A stretch of DNA of 64,000 nt from Gammaproteobacteria bacterium (GTDB lineage Bacteria; Pseudomonadota; Gammaproteobacteria; Ga0077536), in contig CAXXLL010000003.1 in the NCBI GenBank assembly GCA_963662545.2, positions 2,688,001 to 2,752,000 of the forward strand, read 5' to 3'. The position numbers were made by a program, and so were the translations under genes. Within the stretch, counting starts at the first letter, position 1. Each line of letters starts with the position of its first letter. The notes beneath the pieces are model-generated. The model did not search any database and was not told where the DNA came from. It saw nothing but the letters and a program-made list of their open reading frames with translations. This document shows, one piece after another, positions 41,857 to 52,776 of this stretch.

Positions 41857-43728
41857 ATGAGCAATCTGCGCCTGTTACCCCTGTTTGGGATCCTTTGCGC
41901 GGCGATGGCCGTGTCAGCCGATCCCGCAGCCAAAAAATCGGAGGGACCGGACGCCGCCAAGCTGTACGTCGAACGCTGCGCCGAATGCCACTCGCGCGCG
42001 TTGTTTTCGCCGGACCTAAACGCATTGTCGAACCTGACCGCGGAAGAGGCGTACAAGGATCTGTGGTGGGGCGTCATGGCGCAGTTCGCCAATGGCCTGG
42101 ATGATCAGGAGCGATGGGAGCTGGCCAAGTTCGTCACCAGTCACAAACCGGACAACGAAAAGGACGCGCGCGGCCACGGCGTCAAAATGTGCAAGGACAA
42201 GAAGCCGCTGGTGGCCGATGCCAAGCATGACTGGCCCGGACTCTCGAAGGACAACCGCTACCACCGGCATGCGACCAATTCGAAGTTCACTGCTGCGGGC
42301 GTGAAGAACCTCAAGCTCAAGTGGGCCGTGGGGTTTCCGCAGGTCCATGCGTTCAATGGTGGCGGGCACCCGGTCTCCGTCGTCGGCGACCGCGTGTTCG
42401 TGGGTAATCTCAATCACTGGGTCTACTCGTTCGATGTGGACTCCGGATGCGCGCACTGGGCGTTCCAGGCCGAATGGCGGATTCGATCGAACGTCGCCGT
42501 GGGCGACGGTATCGCCGTATTCGGCGATGTCGGGGCGAACGTCTACGGAGTGAACGCGGAAACAGGCCAGCTGCTCTGGCGCGACAAAGCGGATTGGACG
42601 CCGACCGCCCGCGTTTCGGGTAACGTGACGGTGCACGACGGCGTCGTCTACGTGCCCATATCCAACCTGCAGGAAGTGCTCAACATGGGCGGCAGGACCT
42701 TGGAATTCCCGTGCTGTACGGCTCGCGGCGCAATCGTCGCCTATGACCTGCATACCGGTGAGCGCAAGTGGAAGACCTTTACCATCGACCAGGAGCCCGG
42801 GTATATAGGCACGACGAAAAGCGGCACGAATCGCTACGGCCCCTCGGGCGTCATGGTGTTCTCGGCGATCACGGTCGACGACAAGCGCGGCCTCTTGTAC
42901 GTGCCGACCGCGAACCAGATGACCGAGCCGGTCGTTCGCGAATCCGACTCCGTGATCGCGTTCGACATGAAAACGGGCGCCAAGCGTTGGGTGAAATCAC
43001 TGGCGCCCGAGCAGATGGGCGGCCAGGACATCTACCACCTGGGCTGCGAAGCGTGGGTCGATGAAGAGCGGAAAACCTGCTCGCCCTTAAACCCGAAGGG
43101 ACAGGGTGACCGGGATATCGTGTCGCCCGTGGTGCTGGTGGAACGAGCGGACGGTAAGGAGGTCCTCATGGTCGGATCCAAGGACGGCATGCTTTACGCG
43201 TTGGATCCGGACGCCAAAGGAAAAATCCTGTGGCAGACCCGCGTCGGCAAAGGCGGGGAAGTCGGCGGCATCCAGTGGGGCTTTGCGAGCGATGGCAAGA
43301 ATGCTTACGTCCCCGTCAACGATATGGATGCGGACATGAAGGCGGACGGCTCGTTCACGGCGGTCGATCTCGTGACCGGAAAATCCGTATGGCGCGTCGA
43401 GAAAATGACGCCCGTCTGTGAGGGTAAGCCGACGCCGCCGTGCAGCAATGCCTTCGGCTTGCCCAGTACCGTGGCGAACGACGTCGCTTTCACGGGCAAC
43501 GCCGACGGCGTGCTGCGCGCCTACAATACTGCGACCGGGAAGCTGGTGTGGAGCTTCGATACGGCGCGCGACTATGAAACCGTCAACGGTCACAAGGGCT
43601 ACGGCGGGAGTCTGGGCTTCGGCGGGCCGGTCATCGTGAAGAATCGGATGTTCGTGTCATCCGGCCTGGACTATGGGAATTTCGGGATGGCCGGAAACGT
43701 CCTGCTCGCGTTCGAGCTCGACGAATAG
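41857..43728 (+). CDS. Cytochrome c-PQQ quinohemoprotein (polyvinyl-alcohol dehydrogenase-like), copy 1
   Basis: Signal peptide, N-terminal CAECH, LKLKWA, PCCT-RG, GGIQWG, GNVLLAF. Confidence 0.88.
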   Translation: MSNLRLLPLFGILCAAMAVSADPAAKKSEGPDAAKLYVERCAECHSRALFSPDLNALSNLTAEEAYKDLWWGVMAQFANGLDDQERWELAKFVTSHKPDNEKDARGHGVKMCKDKKPLVADAKHDWPGLSKDNRYHRHATNSKFTAAGVKNLKLKWAVGFPQVHAFNGGGHPVSVVGDRVFVGNLNHWVYSFDVDSGCAHWAFQAEWRIRSNVAVGDGIAVFGDVGANVYGVNAETGQLLWRDKADWTPTARVSGNVTVHDGVVYVPISNLQEVLNMGGRTLEFPCCTARGAIVAYDLHTGERKWKTFTIDQEPGYIGTTKSGTNRYGPSGVMVFSAITVDDKRGLLYVPTANQMTEPVVRESDSVIAFDMKTGAKRWVKSLAPEQMGGQDIYHLGCEAWVDEERKTCSPLNPKGQGDRDIVSPVVLVERADGKEVLMVGSKDGMLYALDPDAKGKILWQTRVGKGGEVGGIQWGFASDGKNAYVPVNDMDADMKADGSFTAVDLVTGKSVWRVEKMTPVCEGKPTPPCSNAFGLPSTVANDVAFTGNADGVLRAYNTATGKLVWSFDTARDYETVNGHKGYGGSLGFGGPVIVKNRMFVSSGLDYGNFGMAGNVLLAFELDE

Positions 43729-43734
43729 GGTGAC

Positions 43735-43960
43735 GTAACGGCGATTCGATCGGAGGACGTCATACTGAGCGTCGCGGACGCGCTGCAATACATCTCGTCT
43801 TACCCCGAATACATCGCCAACCTCGCGCGCGCCTACGAGCTCTGAAGAGTCGCAGGCCGCGCGCGATGCGATGGCGCAAATCCTGATCAACGCTCGCATG
43901 TGCGCGGAAGGGCACCGTCCGATCTGGCAGGACACCGGTATCGTCACCGTCTTTTGCCGA
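43735..43960 (+). pseudogene. fumA: Decayed 5' fragment of class-I fumarate hydratase
   Basis: SVADALQYIS...AARDAMAQILIN-RMCAEGHRPI-QDTGIVTVF. Confidence 0.8.
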
Positions 43961-44167
43961 GTCGGCATGGACGATCCGAATTTGTCTGGTGTGAGTTGCC
44001 CCTTTTTGCCCATTTCTATGTTCCCCGGGTATTGGTCGGGTCAGTAATGCATATCGGACGAATCGCTATCCCGCGCTCGCCGTTAACCGCGCGGGGCTCC
44101 GCTTTGTTATGCTTACAGGATTGCCCTCGGGTGAACATCCAATAAGACGATGTCGGGAGATCGGACC

Positions 44168-46033
44168 ATGAGAAATCTGCACCTGTTACCCCTGTTTGGA
44201 TCCCTGTTCGCGTCGCTCGCAGCGTATGCCGAACCGGCAACCGAAAAGTCGAAGGGACTGGACGGCGCCGCACTGTACGCCGAACACTGTATCGAATGCC
44301 ACGGGCGCGCCGCATTTTCCCCATCGTTGACGGCATTATCGAACATGACTGCAGAGGAAATTCACAAGGAGCTGTGGTTCGGCGTCATGGCGCAGTTCGC
44401 CAATGGCATGGACGATGCGAAGCGATGGACGATAGCCAAGTGGATCGCCGACCATAAACCCGAAAAGGGCACGCGCGGTGCCGGCGTGACCATGTGCAAA
44501 GACAAGACGCCGCTGGTACCCGATGCGGAGCATGACTGGCCTGGACTGTCGAACGACAACCGCTACAACCGGCATGTGACTAATGCGCAGCTCACCGCTG
44601 CGGGGTTAGCGAACCTCAAGGTCAAGTGGGCCGTGGCCTTCCCGCAGGTCCACGCGTACCAGGGTGGTGGGCACTCGGTCGCCGTCGTGGGCGACCGAGT
44701 GTTCGTGGGTAATCTGAATCAATGGGCCTACTCGCTCGATGCGGACACCGGGTGTGCCCACTGGGCGTTTCGCGCGGAATGGCGGATCCGATCGAACATC
44801 GCGGTGTCCGACGGTATCGCCGTGTTTGGCGATCTGGGGGCCAACGTATACGCTTTGAACGCGGAAACGGGCCAATTGCTGTGGCGCGACCGGGCGGATT
44901 GGACGCCGACTTCACGCATTACGGGCAACGTGACGGCGCACGACGGCATGGTTTACGTGCCCGTGTCCTCCCTCCAAGAAGTGCTCAATCTCGGCAAACA
45001 TAAGGAATACCCGTGCTGTACGTTTCGCGGCAGCATCGTCGCCTATGACCTGCGTACCGGTGAGCGCAAGTGGAAGTCCTACACCATCGACAAGGAATTC
45101 GGGTATCTGGGCACGACGAAAGCCGGCACGAATCGCTACGGTCCCTCGGGGGTCGTGGTGTTCTCGGCCGTCACAGTCGACGACAAGCGCGGCCTGCTTT
45201 ACGTGCCAACCGGCAACCAGATGACTGAGCCGGTCGTGCTCGAATCCGACGCCATGTTGGCGTTGGACATGAAAACCGGCGCCAAGCGCTGGGTGAAATC
45301 ACTGGCGCCCGAGCAGATGGGCGGCCAGGACATCTACCACCTGGGCTGCGAAAAGTGGGTGGATCCCGAACAGAAAACCTGCTCGCCCTTAAACCCGACG
45401 GGACACGGTGACCGGGATATCGTGGCTCCCGCGGTGCTGGTGGAACGATCGGATGGTAAGGAGATCATCGTGACCGGATCCAAGGACGGCATGCTTTACG
45501 GCCTGGATCCGGATGACGGCGGCAAAGTCCTGTGGCAGATCCGCCTCGGCGCCGGCGGAGAGATCGGCGGCATCCAATGGGGATTCTCGAGCGACGGCAT
45601 AAATGCCTACGTACCCGTCATCGATATGAATCAGGACATGAAGGCGAACGGGTCCTTCACGGCGGTCGATCTGCTGACCGGTAAATCCATCTGGCGTATA
45701 CAGGGTATGGCGCCTGATTGTGAAGGTAAGACGTCACCCCCGTGCAGCAACGCCTTCAGCTTGCCCAGTACCGTGGCGGGCGGCGTCGTTTACACCGGGA
45801 CCGGCGACGGCGTACTGCGCGCCTACGATACCGCGACCGGCAAGCCGGTGTGGACGTTCGATACCGTGCGCGAATATGAAACGGTTAACGGCCGCAAAGG
45901 GTTCGGTGGGGGGCTCGGCTCGTTCGGGGGGCCCGTCATCGTGAAAAACCGGTTATACGTTTCATCCGGCATGGATCAGTTCAATATTGGGCTGCCCGGA
46001 AACGTACTGATCGCGTTCGAGATCCCCGAATAA
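44168..46033 (+). CDS. Cytochrome c-PQQ quinohemoprotein, copy 2 (diverged paralog)
   Basis: CIECH, YPCCTFRG; same architecture and homologous leader. Confidence 0.88.
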   Translation: MRNLHLLPLFGSLFASLAAYAEPATEKSKGLDGAALYAEHCIECHGRAAFSPSLTALSNMTAEEIHKELWFGVMAQFANGMDDAKRWTIAKWIADHKPEKGTRGAGVTMCKDKTPLVPDAEHDWPGLSNDNRYNRHVTNAQLTAAGLANLKVKWAVAFPQVHAYQGGGHSVAVVGDRVFVGNLNQWAYSLDADTGCAHWAFRAEWRIRSNIAVSDGIAVFGDLGANVYALNAETGQLLWRDRADWTPTSRITGNVTAHDGMVYVPVSSLQEVLNLGKHKEYPCCTFRGSIVAYDLRTGERKWKSYTIDKEFGYLGTTKAGTNRYGPSGVVVFSAVTVDDKRGLLYVPTGNQMTEPVVLESDAMLALDMKTGAKRWVKSLAPEQMGGQDIYHLGCEKWVDPEQKTCSPLNPTGHGDRDIVAPAVLVERSDGKEIIVTGSKDGMLYGLDPDDGGKVLWQIRLGAGGEIGGIQWGFSSDGINAYVPVIDMNQDMKANGSFTAVDLLTGKSIWRIQGMAPDCEGKTSPPCSNAFSLPSTVAGGVVYTGTGDGVLRAYDTATGKPVWTFDTVREYETVNGRKGFGGGLGSFGGPVIVKNRLYVSSGMDQFNIGLPGNVLIAFEIPE

Positions 46034-46040
46034 GGGTACC

Positions 46041-46133
46041 GTGACGGCGATTAGATCGGAGGACGTTATTCAAAGCGTGGCGGACGCGTTGCAATACATC
46101 TCGTATTACCATCCGCCCGACTACATCGCCAAC
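46041..46133 (+). pseudogene. fumA: 5' fragment of class-I fumarate hydratase
   Basis: VTAIRSEDVIQSVADALQYISYYHPPDYI. Confidence 0.75.
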
Positions 46134-46515
46134 CGCGCGCCGCGCGCAGGCCGTTATTGATGTCGAAGCTGCCATCGAGATGGGGGTCGTTGATCAAGCC
46201 TTTCCAGCCAATGGTCGTGCGCGGCTTTTCGAAATAGGCCCGCATGACGATACAGAGGTCCGCTTTGAGATCGTCGAGCGCACCGTGCAGGTGGTCGGCA
46301 TATTCGAGCGCCGCTTGCGTATCGTGTATAGAGCACGGCCCGGCCACGACGAGCAACCGGTCGTCCTCACCGCGGATGATCGCTTCCGTCGCACTGCGCG
46401 CATTGGCAATGAGCTTGGCAGCCTGTTCGGAAACAGGGATCTCCTCCATCAATATTGCCGGCGAAATCAGCGGTCGGTAACCGCTGATACGCGCATCATC
46501 GATAACGTGGAACAT
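46134..46515 (-). pseudogene. 5' fragment of class-I DAHP synthase (AroF/G/H type)
   Basis: DDRLLVVAGPCSIHD, MRAYFEKPRTTIGWKGLINDP; cut after about 125 aa. Confidence 0.88.
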
Positions 46516-46657
46516 GGGAAACGGCTCCGCAGCCTGCGTTCAAGGGGCGCGATGATAATGCGGCGCTCATATTATCGCCAGTAGCCCAGTTTTTTCGGCA
46601 GTACGCTCGGGCCAGCGATGCGTTATGCTGCTAAATACACACGAGGGAGAACGATCA

Positions 46658-47170
46658 ATGAAACAATTTATTCTGATACTGGCGGCAGCAAGCGTATGCA
46701 ACGCGAGCCTCGCTGCGGATGAAAACTTCAACATGGCAGGATCCCACGGTACGGCGATCATAGCGACGGCTAAAGACAAGGAGTTGTCCGAGCAATACCA
46801 TTATTCTATGGCCTACCGTGCAGGCGATTTCATGTTCTTTTCCGGCGTCGTGGCCGAGGCACCTGGGGAAAATCCGGCAACGACTGAAGAATTTCAGAAA
46901 GATCTCCGCCGTTCGTTTAACGACATCAAGAAGACGCTCGCCGCTGCCGGTGCGGATTTCAATCAGGTCGTCAAGCTCACCACCTTCCACGTCTTCGACA
47001 GTCCCAATTTTGATGGCGACAAGGGCGCGCATATCGCAGCGTTTATGACCGTAAAGGATGAATTTATGCCGGCGCCGTGGACCGCGTGGACAGCGATCGG
47101 TATCAGCGAGTTATTTCCCGACCGAGGTCTGGTAGAGATCCAAATGATCGTTCACGTACCTGGTGAATGA
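46658..47170 (+). CDS. RidA-family protein with signal peptide
   Basis: FFSGVV, V-LTTFH, AWTAIG, VEIQ. Confidence 0.8.
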   Translation: MKQFILILAAASVCNASLAADENFNMAGSHGTAIIATAKDKELSEQYHYSMAYRAGDFMFFSGVVAEAPGENPATTEEFQKDLRRSFNDIKKTLAAAGADFNQVVKLTTFHVFDSPNFDGDKGAHIAAFMTVKDEFMPAPWTAWTAIGISELFPDRGLVEIQMIVHVPGE

Positions 47171-47198
47171 GGTGCGTGTTGCCGCCTGTTGATCGAGG

Positions 47199-48590
47199 CT
47201 AAATAAAGGATCGTGATGCCCCTAGGTGCGGTGCGCTGAGGCGGCGTGGTTCGCCGGCGAGCCGGCTCGCGGCGAACAGACGCTGAGCTTCCGCATACTG
47301 TTTTGCTGCGGTTTGCGGCCTGTCGAAGAGGAAGTGCCAGTCACCGAGCAGGGTCGCCGCAATTGCCTCGCCGGCGCTCTGCTGTATCTTCGCGGCCGCT
47401 TCCAAGGCAACGCGCCCGTCAACGAAATTGTGGATGATGTGATTGCGCTGCGAGATCGACCTGTCATTTTGGCGCGCTGTGAATTCGCTCGTAGTCAGGC
47501 CGGGTGCGGTGATAACCTGTTCCAGCTTGGTGCCCTTTTTCCCATCGCCAGTCGATACGTGACGCGCCATGTCGTAGGCAATCGCCGCGCGCAAATACAA
47601 GATTTCCACCAGGCGCGGATCGTGCTCGCCGTACGCCCTGATGGCGATATCGTGCGCTTGTTCTGCGGCATAGCCGCCCAGTAAAAGGTGCTTGTAGGGC
47701 GGAGTCGATGTCGGCAAATGATGTGCTTCGCGCTGCCAGATCGCGACTAACTGTTCCGCCTCGTCGCCGAGTTCGTGTCGATGTACCGACGCCAGAAGCT
47801 TGAAGTGCGCGTCGACCTGCTCCCAGTTTCCTTGCGCGCGATGACTTTCTATCAGCAGATCGATGATGGGGATCTGGCCGGGATCGTGGAGGCCGAGGTG
47901 CGTGCGCCGGATCTGAAGCGCGTTCGAGAAGCTGTCCACGGCGCCGGCGTGATCCCCCGCATCCCGCTGCGCCAGCCCGAGGCCGAGCCAATGCTCGGCG
48001 AGCGCGAAGCCATGGTTGCCGTGCACGGCCTGCAGCTCGGCGATATGGGCCTGGGATTCGGCTACCGAATTCGGCGGCACGGCGCCGGACGCAACCGCCG
48101 TTGCATCTGGCGTCAGTTCGGCCCATGCGTGAGAGGTGGCGATCAGGGCGATCAAGGCCGAGCACACCGCACCCGACAGCAGCAACCCGAAGCTGGAGAG
48201 CACGGCCAGATCCGAGTACAGATAGCTTAAAAACGCCACGACGAGAATGGCCGTGGTCGTGATCAGCGCCGGGCCGACACCCATCAACGCGCGCTCCAGC
48301 GCGACCCGATAGTCGCCGCTGCAGGCGAATTCAATCTTGTATCGATTGAGCAGATGGATGGTATCGTCGACGGCGATACCGATCGCGATGGTCGCCAGCA
48401 GCAAACGAAAATAGTCCAAAGAGACGCCCGTCAGCCCCATGCAGCCCAGGATGAACAGGATCGGCGTGAGATTCGCGATCATGGCCAGCAGGCCGATCGT
48501 CACACTGCCATAGACCAGGCAGATGAACAGGAAGATCAGCATGAAAACCACGATATAGCCTGGATGCGGCGCAGCGGGATCCGGGCTCAA
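47199..48590 (-). pseudogene. Chimera: MMPL/RND C-terminal TM block fused in frame to a TPR-repeat protein
   Basis: IAIGIAVDDTIH, GPALITT, FGLL, then TPR-like helices. Confidence 0.65.
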
Positions 48591-48608
48591 ACTGTACGCA
48601 GGAGACGC

Positions 48609-49023
48609 TTACTCGTCGAGGTCGATCCGCTCCACGCGCTCGAACCGGCCCAGGCCGCAGCCGGGCCCGCGAAAACGCCCCTCGTGATCAGGTGGGCCTT
48701 GGATCGCGGTGATCCAGTCGACGTCGCATAGTCTGGTGCTCCGCGTATCGATCGCGATACCGCGGTCCATGGTGAGCGCACCGCACGCCTGCGGCAGGGT
48801 ATTGAGATAGTAGCCGGCTGACGCCGGTGCGAAACAGGATGTGGCGCTCGTCGATGACGCGCGTATCCCGTATGCGGTGGAGCTGCAGGCAGCGTTCCAC
48901 CTCGCCGGTGTGCGCGAAACCCGCCTCGAAATCGGCAAGGCGTTCAGCCCCCGTCCTGGCTTGCGCCGCGGTTGCTGAAGCCAAGGTCAAACCGGCCACT
49001 ATTACGACTTTGAGACGATGCAT
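48609..49023 (-). pseudogene. Frameshifted secreted four-Cys protein (DUF6491-like)
   Basis: RCL...VIDERHILF then YLNTL..C...RLC..D...C-LG-F in another frame. Confidence 0.6.
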
Positions 49024-49482
49024 GGCTCATTAGTGTTGCCGGTGTGGCTGAAGTTCCCCACCGAGGCAATCGGCCGTCGTCTCATCCGCGGCACCGGTCG
49101 GTGGGTGCAAACGCGTGCCGAGCCCCCCGTCGATGCCCGCGTCGGCACGCGGCTCGACGACCGTGTCAGCAACGGAGCAGACCACGGTCAGGCGCAGGGT
49201 TCGCGGGTCGTGCCACGCCCGGCCCGCTGGCGTGCACGCCCGGATTCACTCGAGGCCTTCCTTTTTCGTGTTGAGACTTGATGGACGGGCTTTGTTTACC
49301 CTATAACTCCGCCGACCCGGGCTTTGCCCCGGTCCCGCTTCGGGATGGATCCGGCATGGATCGGTCTCGACAGACAGCGGCAACAGAGGATCGGCTTTGG
49401 GGGCGAACCAAGAACCGATCCGAACGCATCTAACGCTCCCTGAAGTTAGCCGTCCGACGCAGGCGCCCAAAGGATGGTCATC

Positions 49483-50181
49483 GTGAACGCCAGACAACGA
49501 GGAACGAACCTCATTAGACGGTCACTACGTTATTTCGGTTATCGGCTGCCAAAACCGTCAGCGAACAAGCAGTTTCAAATACACTACGAGTCGTTGGCGC
49601 ATTTCCTGTATTTCAAGGAAATCTACGACCTGATCTCGAATCTGGAAGGAGACATCGTCGAATGTGGCGTCGGTCGAGGCCACAGCTTGTTCAAGTTGTG
49701 TTGTCTGGCGTCTTAAGAAAACAAAGGGAGAACCATCTACGGCTTTGATTCCTTCGAAGGGTTTCCGGAACCTTCCGAAGAGGATACGAGTCCGAGGAAT
49801 CCTCAAAAAGGCGAGTGGAATGTCGCGACAGTCGAAACCATCGAACGGAGATTGGCAAAGGATGGCAGAATCGAGCCGTCGTTCATCAAAAATAACGTAA
49901 AACTGATAAAAAGTTTCTTCGAGGAAAGCCTGACCAGATTCGACGGAGAGCGTATCGCTTTTCTGCACCTGGACGTTGATCTGTATGAATCATACAAAGT
50001 GACGCTGGAATTTTTCTGGCCCAAGGTCGCGAGCGGCGGAGTCGTTGCCTTTGATGAATACAGGAACGTAATAGAGCAGTTCCCCGGAGCTGTCAAAGCG
50101 ATCGACGAGTTTTTCGGTTCTCTGGCAACCCAGATCCGTTTCAACGAGCAGGCCGACAGATACTACATCGTGAAGTCGTAA
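49483..50181 (+). pseudogene. TylF-family methyltransferase copy 2 with premature TAA (49714-49716)
   Basis: Colinear with 37413-38111; TAC to TAA. Confidence 0.88.
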
Positions 50182-50681
50182 TTCCAGACGGCTGATTGCC
50201 TATTCGTCATACCGGATTTTTTTTGCTGACAGCGTGTCCATTCCATGGCTCGCTTCCGCGGCCCGCTCCTGCCGTCATGCCGGGCCGGGGTGCCGAGGAA
50301 AGCCGGGCGTGCGGTGCGCGCCGCCCGCCTGAGGGCATGGATCGGCCGCGACCTAGAATGTCGGGGTGCGCCGGCGTGGTCGCCTGATCCCCCAAGCGCG
50401 GCCCCCCGGTCCCCGGGAAGCGCGGACAGCCCGGACGATTTTCGACCACGAAGCAATGCGTGCAGAGGTCGGGGCGCCACGCCGATCACGCAGCTGCGGC
50501 GAAGCGGCATCCGGCACCGGAAAACGTAACGGTGCCGCTCGTCGAATTGGTCTCTCGAATCTAAGGTGGTGTGCTCAGACGATCGGGTAATTTCTTATTC
50601 GACCTGGTACCAAAAACGTTATATGCTCGCGGCACGACCCTGAGGTCGGCATCCAAAAAGACGCAGCTGGGAGATCGGACC

Positions 50682-52550
50682 ATGAGCATTCGGCACCTGT
50701 TACCCCTGTTTGGGATCCTCTTCATGGCGACGGCGGTGTCAGCCGACCCCAACAAAAGATCGGGGAAACCGGACGCCGCCAAGCTGTACGCCGACCGCTG
50801 CGCCGAATGCCACACGCGCGCCGCGTTTTCGCCGGACCTAAACGCATTGTCGAACCTGACCGCGGAAGAGGCGCACAAGGAGCTGTGGTGGGGCGTCATG
50901 CAGCAGTTCGCCAATGGCCTGGACGATCAGGAGCGATGGGAGCTGGCCAAGTACGTCACCAGTCACAAACCGGAGAGCGAAAAGGACGCGCGCGGCCACG
51001 GCGTCAAAATGTGCAAGGACAAGAAGCCGCTGGTGGCCGATGCCAAGCATGACTGGCCCGGACTCTCGAAGGACAACCGCTTCCACCGGCATGCGACCAA
51101 TTCGAAGTTCACTGCTGCGGGCGTGAAGAACCTCAAGCTCAAGTGGGCCGTGGGGTTTCCGCAGGTCCATGCGTTCAATGGTGGCGGGCACCCGGTCTCC
51201 GTCGTCGGCGACCGCGTGTTCGTGGGTAATCTCAATCACTGGGTCTACTCGTTCGATGTGGACTCCGGATGCGCGCACTGGGCGTTCCAGGCCGAATGGC
51301 GGATTCGATCGAACGTCGCCGTGGGCGACGGTATCGCCGTATTCGGCGATGTCGGGGCGAACGTCTACGGAGTGAACGCGGAAACAGGCCAGCTGCTCTG
51401 GCGCGACAAAGCGGATTGGACGCCGACCGCCCGCGTTTCGGGTAACGTGACGGTGCACGACGGCGTCGTCTACGTGCCCATATCCAACCTGCAGGAAGTG
51501 CTCAACATGGGCGGCAGGACCTTGGAATTCCCGTGCTGTACGGCTCGCGGCGCAATCGTCGCCTATGACCTGCATACCGGTGAGCGCAAGTGGAAGACCT
51601 TTACCATCGACCAGGAGCCCGGGTATATAGGCACGACGAAAAGCGGCACGAATCGCTACGGCCCCTCGGGCGTCATGGTGTTCTCGGCGATCACGGTCGA
51701 CGACAAGCGCGGCCTCTTGTACGTGCCGACCGCGAACCAGATGACCGAGCCGGTCGTTCGCGAATCCGACTCCGTGATCGCGTTCGACATGAAAACGGGC
51801 GCCAAGCGTTGGGTGAAATCACTGGCGCCCGAGCAGATGGGCGGCCAGGACATCTACCACCTGGGCTGCGAAGCGTGGGTCGATGAAGAGCGGAAAACCT
51901 GCTCGCCCTTAAACCCGAAGGGACAGGGTGACCGGGATATCGTGTCGCCCGTGGTGCTGGTGGAACGAGCGGACGGTAAGGAGGTCCTCATGGTCGGATC
52001 CAAGGACGGCATGCTTTACGCGTTGGATCCGGACGCCAAAGGAAAAATCCTGTGGCAGACCCGCGTCGGCAAAGGCGGGGAAGTCGGCGGCATCCAGTGG
52101 GGCTTTGCGAGCGATGGCAAGAATGCTTACGTCCCCGTCAACGATATGGATGCGGACATGAAGGCGGACGGCTCGTTCACGGCGGTCGATCTCGTGACCG
52201 GAAAATCCGTATGGCGCGTCGAGAAAATGACGCCCGTCTGTGAGGGTAAGCCGACGCCGCCGTGCAGCAATGCCTTCGGCTTGCCCAGTACCGTGGCGAA
52301 CGACGTCGCTTTCACGGGCAACGCCGACGGCGTGCTGCGCGCCTACAATACTGCGACCGGGAAGCTGGTGTGGAGCTTCGATACGGCGCGCGACTATGAA
52401 ACCGTCAACGGTCACAAGGGCTACGGCGGGAGTCTGGGCTTCGGCGGGCCGGTCATCGTGAAGAATCAGTTATTCGTGTCATCCGGCCTGGACTATGCGA
52501 ATTTCGGGATGGCTGGGAACGTCCTGCTCATGTTCGAGCTCGACGAATAG
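50682..52550 (+). CDS. Cytochrome c-PQQ quinohemoprotein, copy 3
   Basis: CAECH; core identical to copy 1; GGAG RBS. Confidence 0.88.
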   Translation: MSIRHLLPLFGILFMATAVSADPNKRSGKPDAAKLYADRCAECHTRAAFSPDLNALSNLTAEEAHKELWWGVMQQFANGLDDQERWELAKYVTSHKPESEKDARGHGVKMCKDKKPLVADAKHDWPGLSKDNRFHRHATNSKFTAAGVKNLKLKWAVGFPQVHAFNGGGHPVSVVGDRVFVGNLNHWVYSFDVDSGCAHWAFQAEWRIRSNVAVGDGIAVFGDVGANVYGVNAETGQLLWRDKADWTPTARVSGNVTVHDGVVYVPISNLQEVLNMGGRTLEFPCCTARGAIVAYDLHTGERKWKTFTIDQEPGYIGTTKSGTNRYGPSGVMVFSAITVDDKRGLLYVPTANQMTEPVVRESDSVIAFDMKTGAKRWVKSLAPEQMGGQDIYHLGCEAWVDEERKTCSPLNPKGQGDRDIVSPVVLVERADGKEVLMVGSKDGMLYALDPDAKGKILWQTRVGKGGEVGGIQWGFASDGKNAYVPVNDMDADMKADGSFTAVDLVTGKSVWRVEKMTPVCEGKPTPPCSNAFGLPSTVANDVAFTGNADGVLRAYNTATGKLVWSFDTARDYETVNGHKGYGGSLGFGGPVIVKNQLFVSSGLDYANFGMAGNVLLMFELDE

Positions 52551-52556
52551 GGTGAC

Positions 52557-52776
52557 GTAACGGCGATTCGATCGGAGGACGTCATACTGAGCGTCGCGGA
52601 CGCGCTGCAATACATCTCGTCTTACCCCGAATACATCGCCAACCTCGCGCGCGCCTACGAGCTCTGAAGAGTCGCAGGCCGCGCGCGATGCGATGGCGCA
52701 AATCCTGATCAACGCTCGCATGTGCGCGGAAGGGCACGGTCCCGTCAGCCAGGACACGCGCATCGTCACGGTCTTC
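52557..52776 (+). pseudogene. fumA: Decayed fumarate hydratase 5' fragment, copy 3
   Basis: Same lesions as 43735-43960. Confidence 0.8.

Noticed and set aside
41857-52550. Diversity-generating retroelement behind the near-identical PQQ genes
   Set aside because: No reverse transcriptase, and differences are not confined to adenines or a short variable region
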